From: Octopus sinensis
Taxonomy: Eukaryota
Direction: 5' to 3'
Length of the DNA: 64,000 nt
Assembly (NCBI RefSeq): GCF_006345805.1
Contig: NC_042998.1
Location: forward strand, 33,232,001-33,296,000
The notes below the pieces were generated by a model. The model saw only the letters and a list, made by a program, of their open reading frames with translations. It had not been told where the DNA came from and ran no database searches. This document shows positions 51,920-64,000 of the stretch, piece after piece. Position numbers and translations under genes: made by a program. Numbering within the stretch: position 1 is the stretch's first letter; the number at the start of each line of letters is the position of its first letter.

Positions 51920-52025
51920 TATATATTTGACATGCTTCTTCCAGTTTCCGTCTACCAAATTCACTCACAGTGGGACTGAACCCGGAACCGTGTGGTTGGT
52001 TGCAAGCTACTTACCACACAGCCAC
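51230..52025 (-). mobile_element. Two head-to-tail SINE family B copies
   Basis: 51230-51615 and 51615-52025. Confidence 0.88.
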
Positions 52026-52399
52026 TTATGTCACAGACCAATGGAATTCATATTCTCTTGAAAAAAGAGATTACGTAATTAAAAAATATTGGAACAGTAT
52101 TGTTGGCAGTGGAATGATGTCGCCCTTAGAAAAGGAAATTTTGTCTACCAAAAACATAACCATTATTTACAAGTGCATCAATCGTACAGACGGAGCCAAA
52201 ATACCCATCCGTAACCGAAATCATGAAATTTTCGAGAGACTTGGGATTCTGTAGTCTAAATAGTCGGAGAGGAAAGCATCATGGAGCGGTGACAGCTCTC
52301 TGCAGCAGCGAACAGAATTCTCTTAGGAGCAGTGCAACAACTTGTACCTTCCGGCCATTTGTTGTGATAGGCATAGGTTCGCAAAGATAATTCCTCAAA

Positions 52400-52600
52400 A
52401 GAATAGCATAGAAAGAGAATAAAAAAAAGAATGTACGGTCACTCTACAAGAGATACGAGCTCCAAGACAGATACAGAAGGTCAGTGGTTAAAGAAGCGGA
52501 GCAGTGATCTGAAGATAGAAACAGAAGCACTTATATGTGCGGCACAAGATCAGGCATTGATGACAAACTTTGTGAAGTGCAGAATTGATAACACAACTAA
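52400..52600 (+). mobile_element. R4/Dong-clade LINE fragment
   Basis: MYG...WLK..SDLKIETEALICAAQDQAL, homologous to the 4848-6023 element. Confidence 0.75.
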
Positions 52601-53595
52601 GAAAGACAACCCATACTGGCATGGGTTGGACGGTTTGACTGAGGACTAGCGAGCCAGAAGGCTGCACTATATATATATGTATATATATATATATATATAC
52701 ACACGCATACACGACGAGCTTCTTTCAGTTTCCGTCTATCGGATCCATTCACAAGTCTTTGGTCACTCCGAGACTATAATAAAAGACGCTAACCGAATGT
52801 GCCGTGCAGCGGGACTGAACTCGGTACCATTTGGTTTGGAAGAAGGTTTCTTACCACAGCTCTTGTTTAAATTACTTATTTACTGCACAATCTAAAAATC
52901 ACCTCCAAGGGAACTTTACGAGTCTACAGAGTAGGTATATCCGAAGGCCAATACTTCTAGTAACACAAAACTCTATGCCTACTTTACCTGAAGAAATAGA
53001 ACAGAATGGTTTATAGTATGTAAAGAGATATCTTGAGAATTATTACCGCCAGCAGAGTGGAATTTGTATTTGATACACAAAGTCTGAAAGGAACCAGTTA
53101 AACCTTTTAAGCATGTTTAAGTAGCAAACTGTTTACATTAAAACATATAAACACCTCGACCGAATGTCTCCATTCCTTTACATCAGATTCGCCTTCGCTA
53201 TGCAAGGGGGGGGGCGGTTATTTCAGGTAGAAATTGTGCCTAAAATTATAAGGTGGAGGTGGGGAATCACTGTAGCATAAAAACAATCCCCTTTCACTTG
53301 TATATTCCATAAACCTTTTTTTTTACTAGAAATATATAAAACTAATGTTAACTCCAAATATAATACATTAATTGATTATCAAAACAAATTACGTATGTGT
53401 GCTTGTACGTGTATGAGAGAGAGAGAGAGGGGGGTGTATGTGTAATGGTAGAGCGAATATATATAGAGTAACACATCGTTATGAAAAGTCTCTTGTGTGA
53501 GTTAAGAACACGAGTAATTTTCCGATAATATAAAGTCTAATAGTATAAAGTCTGCATAACTTCCACTATTATATATCTACATTTTTTCATAAGTA

Positions 53596-53803
53596 TATTT
53601 GACATATTTTGGTCATATTATGCGGAGAAAATCCCTGGAGAAGGACATCATGCTCGGAATGGTCAGTGGCAAGAGAGGAAGAGACCGACCGAGAACCCGC
53701 TGGTTTGACACCACCAAGAGTGACACAGGAATAGCCAATCTGGATAGAACTGGCTGAAGAACACTGATCCATCGAGTAACAGAGAGCCGACTTCGACTTA
53801 GCG

Positions 53804-53868
<65 letters not shown>
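53596..53868 (+). mobile_element. RTE (BovB-like) LINE 3' end with (GATA)n tail
   Basis: LTYFGHIMRRKSLEKDIMLGMVSGKRGRDRPRTRWFD, then CGACTTAGCG(GATA)n. Confidence 0.85.
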
Positions 53869-54481
53869 AGTATATTAATTTCTAACGACAAGCTTAATTA
53901 TAGTTTTTGTTTGTTTTTAGATCATTTGAAGATTACCTGAGGTTTTAATTCAGTGAAGAAAATATTAGTAACGATAGAATAATTTGGTGCCTGTGCAGGT
54001 GTCACGTATAAAGTGCCCTTGCTGGTGTCACGTTAAAAGCAACGGTGCTGGTGCAACGAATAAAGCACCGGCGCTGGTGCCACGTAGAAATCACCCAGTA
54101 CACTCTGGCGTTAGGAAGGGCAGCCAACCGTAGAAAATATGACGAAACAAACATTTGGAGCCTAGTGCTGCTCTCCGGCTTGCCAGCTCCTGTTAAACCG
54201 TCCAGCCTTTGCCAGCGTGAGAAACAGACGTTAAATGATGATGATTGACAGGCCGCAGGTATTTATTTAAACACTTTCGGTATGCAAATTAGGGGCTCCT
54301 TCATAGAGTAACTGCTGCATTTGTTGAGTATATAAACAGTTTAGCTGCTTCCTTCTCTACAGACTGTCAAATTGATGTGGACGCCTCTATCAATTAAGGC
54401 TGTTCATAATTTTTTTTTTCAGTCTGCGGAGAAAAAGCTAAAATTTTCCCTGTAGTTCTATATTTAAGAGATGAGGAAGTA

Positions 54482-54712
54482 TGTACATTATTTACATTTG
54501 ACGTGTATTTGTCCTCATCTTGTTTGTTGTTAACACAACGTTTGGGCTGATATATCCTCTAGCCTTCATCAGGTGTCTTGGGGAAATTTCGAACCTGGGT
54601 TCTCATTCCTAAGGTATTTTTTTCGATGTTATTATCATTTTTATCATTATTATTATTACTCAGGTCACTTGGGGTTAGTAGCCCGCGCTCTTAATCACTA
54701 CGCCATATGCCC
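54482..54712 (-). mobile_element. SINE family H (tRNA head with internal deletion + hammerhead region, GAAA>CAAA)
   Basis: Head GGGCATATGGCGTAGTG, (AAT)n-like linker, hammerhead region as at 9041-9086 but G12 mutated. Confidence 0.85.
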
Positions 54713-54799
54713 GTTATATAATTATACCATATGTTACATATATATGACTCTTTTTGTACAATAAGTATGGGACATTTTGACCAAGGGAGACAGAATTAT

Positions 54800-55200
54800 T
54801 GGTTTCTAATTTTGGCATAAGGCCAGTAATTTTGGCGGGAGGGGTAAGTTGATTACATCAACCCCGGTGCTCATTTTATCGACCCCGAAATGGGTGAAAG
54901 ACAAAGACGACCTCGGCGGAATTTGAACTCAGAACAAAATCAGACGAAATGCCGCTAAGCACTTTGCCCGGCGTGCTAACGATTTTGTCTGCTCGCTGCC
55001 TTAGAAAGAATTATTATTACAAAAAGATATCGTTATAACAAAAACTACTGCGAATGGGCTCGGTGAAGAGGTGAAATGGCAGAAACGGTAGAGCGTTAGG
55101 AAAAATACCGTGCGATATTTGCTCTAACTCTCTACATTGTAAGTTCAAATTCCGCCGAAACCAACTTTGCTTCCATCTATCCAGGATCGATAAAATATAA
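54800..55200. mobile_element. SINE family A copies (54800-55005 -, 55070-55200 +)
   Basis: Family A motifs. Confidence 0.75.
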
Positions 55201-57024
55201 TTCGCATAGTCTGTCTCTCATACACAAACACACATGTACATATGTGTATGGAGATGTAGTTAAATATGTGTGTATGTGGTAGACATACACGAACAGTCAT
55301 CCAAGTTTTTAAAAAAAGAACAGTTGCGTACACTACAATTAATGCCCTGAAGTATACATAATCATCATATTTGAGTTCTTTTGACTTTGTAAGAAACAAA
55401 TATTCTATTAACTTAGCAGGTAAAGGCTGATGACTGGATTATTGGGTATTATAATTGGCTTGGTCTGGAGGAAGACGATGTGTTCATGACCTTCGCATGT
55501 CTTTCAAGACTGAAGCTATTGATACGATTAACTTCCTCTATAAAGTTGTGAGTCGACAAACGCATCGTTCGGTAAGTAAAACGATGGAAATGATTTTGGC
55601 AAAAGTTTTCAAGAAATAAAATCTCTCTCTTCCATCGTGTATAGTAAAGTGATGTTTATATATTTATGAATTGCGTTACCAACGCAATAGGTATTAAAGA
55701 ATTTCAATAAACGGTAGGAGCCCCTTTCTGGTGTCAATTGACTGGGAGTTTAACTCTTTCTCTACAGAGCGCAGCAAACACAAAAAAAAATGGATTTTGT
55801 GGGAGATATTGAACTGGAAAATACGGGTTTATTACTCGCAGCACATTGCTTGTGTACAATCCGCTTAAAGAAATTTTGTCTTCGAATAGGAAGCCTAGTA
55901 ACAATGGGATTAGAAAACAAGTAGAACAAACCCACATTGGACTGAAGACAACGATTTGAAACCATACTTATAAATATTTCATGTTAGTGGACATTCTTGA
56001 TAGCAATTAGTTTGTCAAGGTTAAATGTCAAATGCTTTTGCGTAAAAATAACGGAGTTTTGTAAGGAAGCGAATCCACATTAGGTAGAGACAGGAAATAA
56101 ATTCATACTAGAGGACATTAGAAGCGAATTACCATTATAATTAGGGTAAAGGGGAATAAATGTCACCGAGACATGACCAATATAGTATTTTTTCTTAACA
56201 TTTGGTGTCCTTCTCTCTTCTTATTTCTATGTCACAGTTTTATTTCTTAAATGCACACACGCGCACATACACGCTTCACACACACACACACTCACATTCA
56301 AAATTAGATCCTTCAGAATGGGAGAGGCAATGAAATGAACTTTGAACCCATTAAGTAGAACATTCAGAGGTTTTCTACAGTGAATCTAGACTGAAACCAG
56401 TCTGACAAGGTTTTTTTTCCTTTTCGAGATAAACTCACGAGATTTGGTTGAATAAATTATTATAGTTAGATTAGAATTCCGCCGAGGTCGACTTTGCCTT
56501 TCATTCTTTCGGAGTCGATAAACTAAGTACCAGTTACATACTGGGGTCGATATAATCGACTTAATCCATTTGTCTGTCCTTGTTTGTCCCCTCTATGTTT
56601 AGCCCCTTGAGGGCAATAAAGAAATAAAATTAGTATAGTTAGATGAAACTATCACACTTTATCTGTGTATAGCCACCTGGCAGATCTAAGAAAATGCAGA
56701 CAGCTGTGCAAGGGGGTTCTTGGAAACTAATCATGTGAACGGTGGTTCATGTTCCTTATACAAATCAACATTGCTAGCATACTCTGATCGGAGAATTCAC
56801 TCCTATTATAATGATTGCATTGTAGCAGGTTTTCTTGCAACCTGAAGTCCAATTCGTTGGCGCCAAAAAGCTAGTGCGAGAGACCTGCATCTTATCCAAG
56901 AGTAGAATTATTATTCGTCCACTTAACGTCACGCTATCCTATGATTCTGAGAAAGATTAAACGTAAGGAACCGAAAGACCTTAACCACTTAGGTTATAAT
57001 TGGCCTTAATCCCAATTATAAAAC

Positions 57025-57270
57025 GGGCATATGGCGTAGTGGTTCAGAGCGCGGGCTACTAACCCCAAGATTCCGAGTTCAATTCCAGACAGTGACCTGA
57101 ATAATAATAATAATAATAATAGTAATAACATCGAAAAATACTTTAGGAATGAGAACCCAGGTTCGAAATTTTCCCAAGACACCTGATGAAGGTTGGAGGG
57201 TATATCAGCCGAAACATGTCAACTACAAACAAGATGAGGACAAATATCCGTCAAATGTAAATAATGTATA
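57025..57270 (+). mobile_element. SINE family H, full length
   Basis: A-box TGGCGTAGTGG, B-box GAGTTCAATTCC, (AAT)n, then CUGAUGA-A-GGUUGG...UCAGCC-GAAAC-AUGUC (57183-57220). Confidence 0.88.
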
Positions 57271-57569
57271 AAACAGGTTAATACTTCACAAAATTTCAAA
57301 AGCCTCAACTAGCATGACCCCTATGAATTATAGTTGTAGAATCCCTCAAAATTCAATAGAATATCTGCCTGATGCTCGGTGACTTTCCACCACATACAGC
57401 TTCACTGAATGCCTTCGTTTACTTTGTCTGGTATTATAAGCTAACAAACCTTTCATCAGTTATTGTTTTTTTTCTTTTTCTGGCTGCCAACAGCAGTAAG
57501 CTTTACAAGCACATATCACCTACTTAGAGGCGGACTGATTACAACCATATGACCATGAAATTATTATAT

Positions 57570-58500
57570 ATTTCTTTATTGCCCACAAGGGCCTAAACAT
57601 AGAAGGGACAAACAAAGATAGACAAAGTGATTAAGTCGATTATATCGACCCCAGTGCGTAACTGGTACTTTATTTATCGACTCTGAAAGGATGAAAGGCA
57701 AAGTCGACCTCGGCGGAATTTGAACTCAGAACTTAACGGCAGACGAAATACCGCCTGGCGTGCTAACGTTTCTGCCGGCTCGCCGCCTTCCGTGAAATTA
57801 TTATAGCCACAGTACGGATGACAAAATACGAGATGTCTTGCTTCGTAGGCAGACATATTGTCGATTAGGTGGGTTGTGATTTACGTATATTTTGTATCAC
57901 ATAACAAATACATTTGTTTTTGTCAGAAATTTACTCAATATTGATGACAACAAAGGAGGAGAGCCGGTAGAATTGTTAGCACACCGGACAAAATATTTAG
58001 CGGTATTTCGTCTGTCTTTACGTTTTGAGTTCAAATTCCACCGAGATCGACTTTGCTTTCATCCTTTCGGGGTCGATTAAATAAGTACCAGTTACGCACT
58101 GGGGTCGATGTAATCGACTTAATCCGTTTGCCTGTCCTTGTTTGTCCCTTCTGTGTTTAGCCTCTTGTGGATAGTAAAGAAATAGGTATTTCGTCTATCT
58201 TTACGTTTTGAGTTCAAATTCCACCTAGGTCGACTTTGCCTTTCATCCTTTCGGGGTCGATTAAATAAGTAGCAGTTACGCACTGGTGTCGATGTAATCG
58301 ACTTAATCCGTTTGCCTGTCCTTGTTTGTCCCTTCTGTGTTTAGCCCCTTGTGGGTAGTAAAGAAATAGGTATTTCGTGTCTTTACGTTCTGAGTTCAAA
58401 TTCCACCGAGGTTAACTTTGCCTTTCATCTTTTCGGGGTCGATTAAATAAGTACCAGTTGCGTATTGGGGTCGATGTAATCGACTCGTCCCCTCATTCAG
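57570..58500. mobile_element. SINE family A monomer (-, 57570-57790) and trimer (+, 57955-58500)
   Basis: Trimer units share TTTGCCTGTCC. Confidence 0.88.
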
Positions 58501-58917
58501 ATTTGCTGTCCATGTTTTCAAATTTGAAATTAATATTGATGACGATATCTTATCGTTTAGGTGATTGCCAAAGTAGGTGGTGGAAAAATCTGGGTCGTGG
58601 GGTCGGGATTTAAGGGTAACAGCCTTCCCTTGATTTTCAAAGGTTCATTCAGGTTTAGAAAATAGTTCTTACAAATCGATCTGAAAAATGTTGCCTTAAG
58701 AAAATTAACTTCAAGCAAGAAGGAAACAAAAATATATAAAAAAAAATAATAAAACCAAAACTTTACTAACAAGGTTGGTCATAAATTTCCCAAGAGAATT
58801 CCCCAGAAAGACAAAAACATATGGCACTGCATAGAAACAACGTCAACAACAATAATAATAATAAGCACTACAGCAACACCGAAATGAAGAGGATGCATAT
58901 ATACATTTCTGTTTATA

Positions 58918-58961
<44 letters not shown>

Positions 58962-59172
58962 AATACAAACGCATTGCGTACATGCATGTGTGTGTGTGTG
59001 TGTGTCTTCGTAAGTACAACAATGTCATTGTTCCTGCTTTAAAATTCTGTACGAAACGGCAGTCTCCACAATTCCCTACAGACCTGCTCTTAGCACTAAC
59101 CATCATCTTTGATACCAATGCCAACGCGTGTGTGTACGTACCTACATATACATACATACATACACACATATG

Positions 59173-59252
<80 letters not shown>

Positions 59253-59647
59253 AGAATGAGATAACAAAGCCAAGGCTGTGAGGAGTTTCCAGGACATTTA
59301 TAGGGAAATAGTCTTACAACTGTTTCTGGGGTATTATGAATATCCCTTCAGAGACGGTGTGAGAAAATAGTTGAGTTCGAATTATTGTGGAAAAGATAGG
59401 GAATATAGAGGGAAATAAGTGAATGAAAGTAGAAATAAGATATATAAAGATATTGTAGTTTCAGTTTCATTATTCGAGGAAAATGGTGTACAGAAGTGGT
59501 AAAAAAGTTTCCTGTACAGCTTATAGATCAGACTGGAGTTGAGTTCGGTCTTCTTCTTCATTGATGATTTACTGGTTTGAGTTAAAATCTGTTCCTTTGT
59601 CTACTAGTTATATACATACAGTAAATATCGATATATATATACAGACA

Positions 59648-59687
<40 letters not shown>

Positions 59688-59690
<3 letters not shown>

Positions 59691-59885
59691 TGCTTTTCAA
59701 ACTTTTTGCTGGAGCGGAACCCCAAGGAAACATTCCACTGGCTCGAGGAACCCCTGTGCAATAATTTAATAGTCTTATGCACACATATCTGCACATGCGA
59801 CTTAAAAATTACTGCCGATTTTTGCAGTTTTGTAACTTCTTGCGGAACCCCTGGACTGTACTGGCGGAACCCTGGTTGAAAACCA

Positions 59886-59888
<3 letters not shown>
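59688..59888. mobile_element. hAT-type MITE (201 bp) in (TA)n
   Basis: TIRs CAGTG(C/G)TTTTCAA(A/C)C; flanks ATATATAT compatible with an 8-bp TSD. Confidence 0.85.
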
Positions 59889-59931
<43 letters not shown>

Positions 59932-60076
59932 ACAAAATGGGACAAGAACGCAAAACATCCAGATAGACGATACAAAGAAAACAAATACGGGTCATTCGGA
60001 GTTTTCTTTCCTCAGTCGTGTTCCAGATTATCTTTGCAATTTCGGCTGGTTATACTCGAAATTGCAAAGATAATCT

Positions 60077-63000
60077 AGACCTATGTCTATTGCGTGACTC
60101 TCCCTTCTCTCATCTTCCAGGACTCGAAGCACTGACAGAAATGGGTCTCGAAGCCAACACACAAACCACAGTAAAAACACTCCCTGCCGCAGTAATGCTG
60201 GTCAAGTCTCTTCACGAAGACAGAAGAACAATAGCAACAACAACAAACCATAATAAAAGCGGAAACGATAACCCTGTACAACCACACCTCCAGTCAAAAA
60301 CTGCTCCCTAAGAAGGAACATTCTTTTTCAGCCATGTTGAACCTGACAAAAGAGATACAAGAAAAAAAGACCTTTTAGCAACCACTAAATACCATCCTTT
60401 GCCATTACTCCAGTGCACCAACTCCCCACATTGCTGTCACTAACACGCAAATAGAAAAAAAGTCCCCTGCAACAGTCAAAACCTACCACTACGCCAGCCT
60501 CCACACTTTTACTCAATGCACAAGGTGTCAGTCCCTCCATCAATGCAAAAAAAATGGAAGATCCAATTCATTGAGGATTTGGTTGGTAACCATCCACACC
60601 ACATCCATTTCTCCATTCTTACCGAGGCCCCACTTGGAAACCGAAGTGAAAGTGAGGAATTTCACAACCATCCGTGCAGATCGAGTCGACAGAAGGACGG
60701 GTGGAACTGCCATTTTCCTGCATGATTCCTTTTCGGCAGATGGAAATATACATTCTCCAATGGCTACTGTGATTCGGTCACCGTGCACATCAAAACCAAT
60801 GATCTGATTGTAATTGGGCTCCATAGACCACCTCAAACACTCATAACGCGCTTTAATGAATGCCTCAAAAGCATTAAGTACTTTATACAACAGTGCCATT
60901 CTAATAAACATAATTATGATGGGAGATTTTAATCTACCCTGTGTTGATTGGTCTACAAACATTTTGAAACCAGACACTCCCTCCTCAACTGCTGACAAAG
61001 AAGCAGTAATGCCATTTCTCGACTTGTCCTTACACAAAAAAGATATTACAACATTTTAGCACTTGAGTTTAGTAACCACACCAACACTATACACAATATT
61101 ACAGTGGTAGAAACACTTTTTCCTGACCATGACATGGTTCTCTGTAACCCGAGATTCGACCAGCCGAAAGCTAACCGTAGTGACCTCTTTCCAGCCTACC
61201 CATTTGATAACATGGATCTCTATAATGCCGACTGGGACCTAATCATGAACGAGCTATCACATGTTGACTGGCCTTTCACATATGCACACACCTCCTCCAG
61301 CATCAAAATATTTTGGCAGATCGTTGAAGACACTGTCACAAATATATGTGCTAAACACACCCCACCAAGACCTATGAAGAAAACTAAGTGCAGAGTTCTC
61401 CAAAACGATTATCAGAAAAATAAAAACAAACTAAAATACTGCCAACATCCACATATATATTCAACAGCCGTTGCCCTGCTCGAATAAAAAATATATAAAC
61501 TCCAACAATACACGAAGAACATCATCAATAACCAAAGAACAGCTGAGGAGAAGTGGGCCATTAAGAGAATCAAACTCAACCCCAAAGTGTTCTCTTTTGC
61601 GAAAAACACATGGTCACTGTCTCCAATGTTGGCCCTCTAATTGATGAAAATAGCCATCTCCAAGACAATGCCAAAACCATGAGTGAGATACTGCAGAAAC
61701 AATACTCCTCTGTTTTTAGCTATCCTGTATGGCCGATCTGGACTGTATCAGTGATGTTAATCCTCAACATACTATATCGGACATAACGTTTGGCGCCCCT
61801 GATGTCTAAGCGGCAATAAACGAAATTAAACACAATTCAGCAGTAGGCCCTGATAGGTTCGCGCTATTGTCCTGAAGGTGTGTCGACCCCAACTTGCATC
61901 TCCTCTTGCTATTCTGTGGAGGAACTCACTGGATGTTGCCTATATTCCTGAAAACTTTCTGTCCCAGTTTTCAAAAAGGGAAATAAGTCCCTTGCAGTGA
62001 ACTACCGTCTGATCTCGCTCACATCTCATATCATCAAGGTATTTGAGAGGGTAGTGAGATCACAAATAACCCACTTTCTTGAAAGTAACAGACTGTTGAA
62101 CCCCAACCAACATGGGTTCCGTAATGGAAGGAACTGCCTAACACAGCTCCTGCATCACCTTGGTGACATTTCGAGAGCTGTGGGAGAGGGTTCGAATACT
62201 GATGTCATCTACTTTGATTTCAGCAAAGGCCTTTGACAAGGTAGATCATAAGTTCCTCTTGAAGAAACTATCCAACATTGGTGTCTCTGGAAAGTTACTA
62301 CAATGTATCAAGTGTTTCCTGACAGGCAGAATCCAACACGTTGTAGTTGAAGAAGTAAAATCAAGCCCAGCCAAAGTCAGTAATGGTGTCCCACAAGGCA
62401 CTGTGTTGGGCCCACTTCTTTCCATCATCTACATCAATGACATTACTGACATCATCAAGCACAACAACATAAGAATCTTTGCAGATGATTCCAAGATCCA
62501 GAAGGTCATCAATGAAGTGGGTGACCGGGCATGCCTTCAATCAGGTCTACTGGCTGACATCCAATGGGCGGAAAAGAATAATATACTGCTGAACGAGGAC
62601 AAGTTTGAGTTAATCCACTTCGGAAAAGAGGATACTCCCTTCCTTCAGGTGAAACTCTCATGGCATCCAACAACATAAGCTGGGTTACACATATAAGCAG
62701 CAAAGTTGACATGGCACGCAGAATGTGTTCCTGGATTCTCAGAATCTTCCAGTCGAGAGATTCCCTCACCATTATCCTTCACTTCTCCACTTTTGCCCGA
62801 CCCCACCTTGAATACTGTTGTTCATTGTGGTCTCCCCACACGAAACAAAGTATCATGAAAATTGAAGCACCTCAAAGGTCAATTACAAAAAAGATAGATG
62901 GCATGACAGGTCTTGACTATTGGGGTCGGCTAGAAAAGCTTAAGCTTTATTTTCCCCAACGCTGCCGTGAGCGCTACATCATCTGCATGATGTGGAAAAT

Positions 63001-63414
63001 ATTCCATCAGCATTGCCCAAATTATGTTAGCATTGCCTTTAAGACATACGCAAGACTTGGGTCCTGTACTATCCGCACACACCATAAATCATGCTCGCAT
63101 GGCATAACACTACGGCACAATTATTTCACCTTAATTGGTCCCGCCCACTTTAACATTACAGCAAAACACATTAAAGCAGAAACAGCAAAACACATTAAAG
63201 CAGAAACAGACACCATAAAATGCAAGAAGTCTTTGGACAAATTCTTTCAAGAAATCCTGGATAAACCTCCTACACCCGGATATGTCTCCGTAAACAATAA
63301 CTCTCCAATTGAGCGGACCATGCTGTGCGATTCCTGATTTGAATGACTTTGCCAGGTTGTGCTATTAAGTTAGACATGGCCTAGGCCAGTACTGGCCGAA
63401 ACCTATCAAAGTAT
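60077..63414 (+). mobile_element. Near full-length CR1/L2-group LINE (APE endonuclease + RT), inactivated by frameshifts
   Basis: LLLNAQG, LTE, RADR..R.GGTAIF, MGDFNLP..DW, DHDMV; NYR.ISLTSHIIKVFER, QHGFR.GRNCLTQLL, DFSKAFDKVDH, GVPQGTVLGPLL, FADDSK; RPHLEYC..LWSP; 3' stem-loop GGCCAGTACTGGCC. Confidence 0.92.
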
Positions 63415-63447
<33 letters not shown>

Positions 63448-63452
63448 ACACA

Positions 63453-63536
<84 letters not shown>

Positions 63537-63541
63537 ATATG

Positions 63542-63830
63542 TGGTGGCGCAATGGCCCAGTGGTTAGGGCAGCGGACTCGTGGTCGTAGGGTCACGGTTT
63601 CGATTCCCAAACCGGGCGTTGTGAGTGTTTATTGAGCGAAAACACCTAAAAGCTCCACGAGGCTCTGGCAGGGGGTGGGTGGACCCTGCAGTACTCTTTC
63701 GCCACAACTTTCTCTCACTCTTTCTTCTGTTAGCCTGCTCGCCAATGGCGTCATTCGAAGGCTAAAACAATGCGAACGCATTGTGACCAGCGATGTGTAA
63801 CAACGTCTGATAGTCTGTTCGGTCACGTGA
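63542..63830 (+). mobile_element. SINE family C head with an alternative 3' body
   Basis: Matches 27084 up to CACTCTT...TTC, then GGCGTCATTCGAAGGCTAAAACAATGCG...GGTCACGTGA. Confidence 0.8.
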
Positions 63831-63836
63831 TATATA

Positions 63837-63885
<49 letters not shown>

Positions 63886-64000
63886 TACGAATATAGATAT
63901 ATATTTGGCATCATTCTACTCGCCAAGCTCTCCAGAGAATATTAAGTGGAGAAGCAGTCACTCGAAGCCATAAATACACACACACACACGTGTGTGTGTG

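Noticed and set aside
63375-63405. GGCCAGTACTGGCC-GAAAC at the LINE 3' end resembles hammerhead helix II + GAAA
   Set aside because: No CUGANGA upstream; better explained as the LINE 3' recognition stem-loop.

Overview
AT-rich, microsatellite-dense eukaryotic intronic/intergenic DNA, most likely an octopus (inferred from the SINE families and repeat make-up). No host protein-coding gene can be called with confidence, and most listed ORFs are microsatellite artefacts. Contents: (i) at least five tRNA-derived SINE families, labelled A, B, C, D and H here; family A often forms ~183-bp head-to-tail multimers; (ii) decayed LINEs: an R4/Dong element in (TAA)n, RTE-clade fragments (one with three C2H2-like fingers), a near full-length CR1/L2-group ORF2, and a possible Penelope-like remnant; (iii) Helitron/Helentron-type, Tc1/mariner, hAT and piggyBac-type non-autonomous elements and many fold-back elements beside (TA)n; (iv) a 100-N gap. 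The most interesting signal is a set of hammerhead-ribozyme motifs in short non-coding repeats: a tRNA-headed SINE with a Penelope-type minimal hammerhead (three copies, one with intact core), a near-canonical type I hammerhead at 28400-28450, and a pair of core-variant hammerheads with a covarying helix I. A weak, phase-compatible set of + strand candidate exons with Ig-like motifs is also noted. Coordinates of degenerate repeats are approximate.
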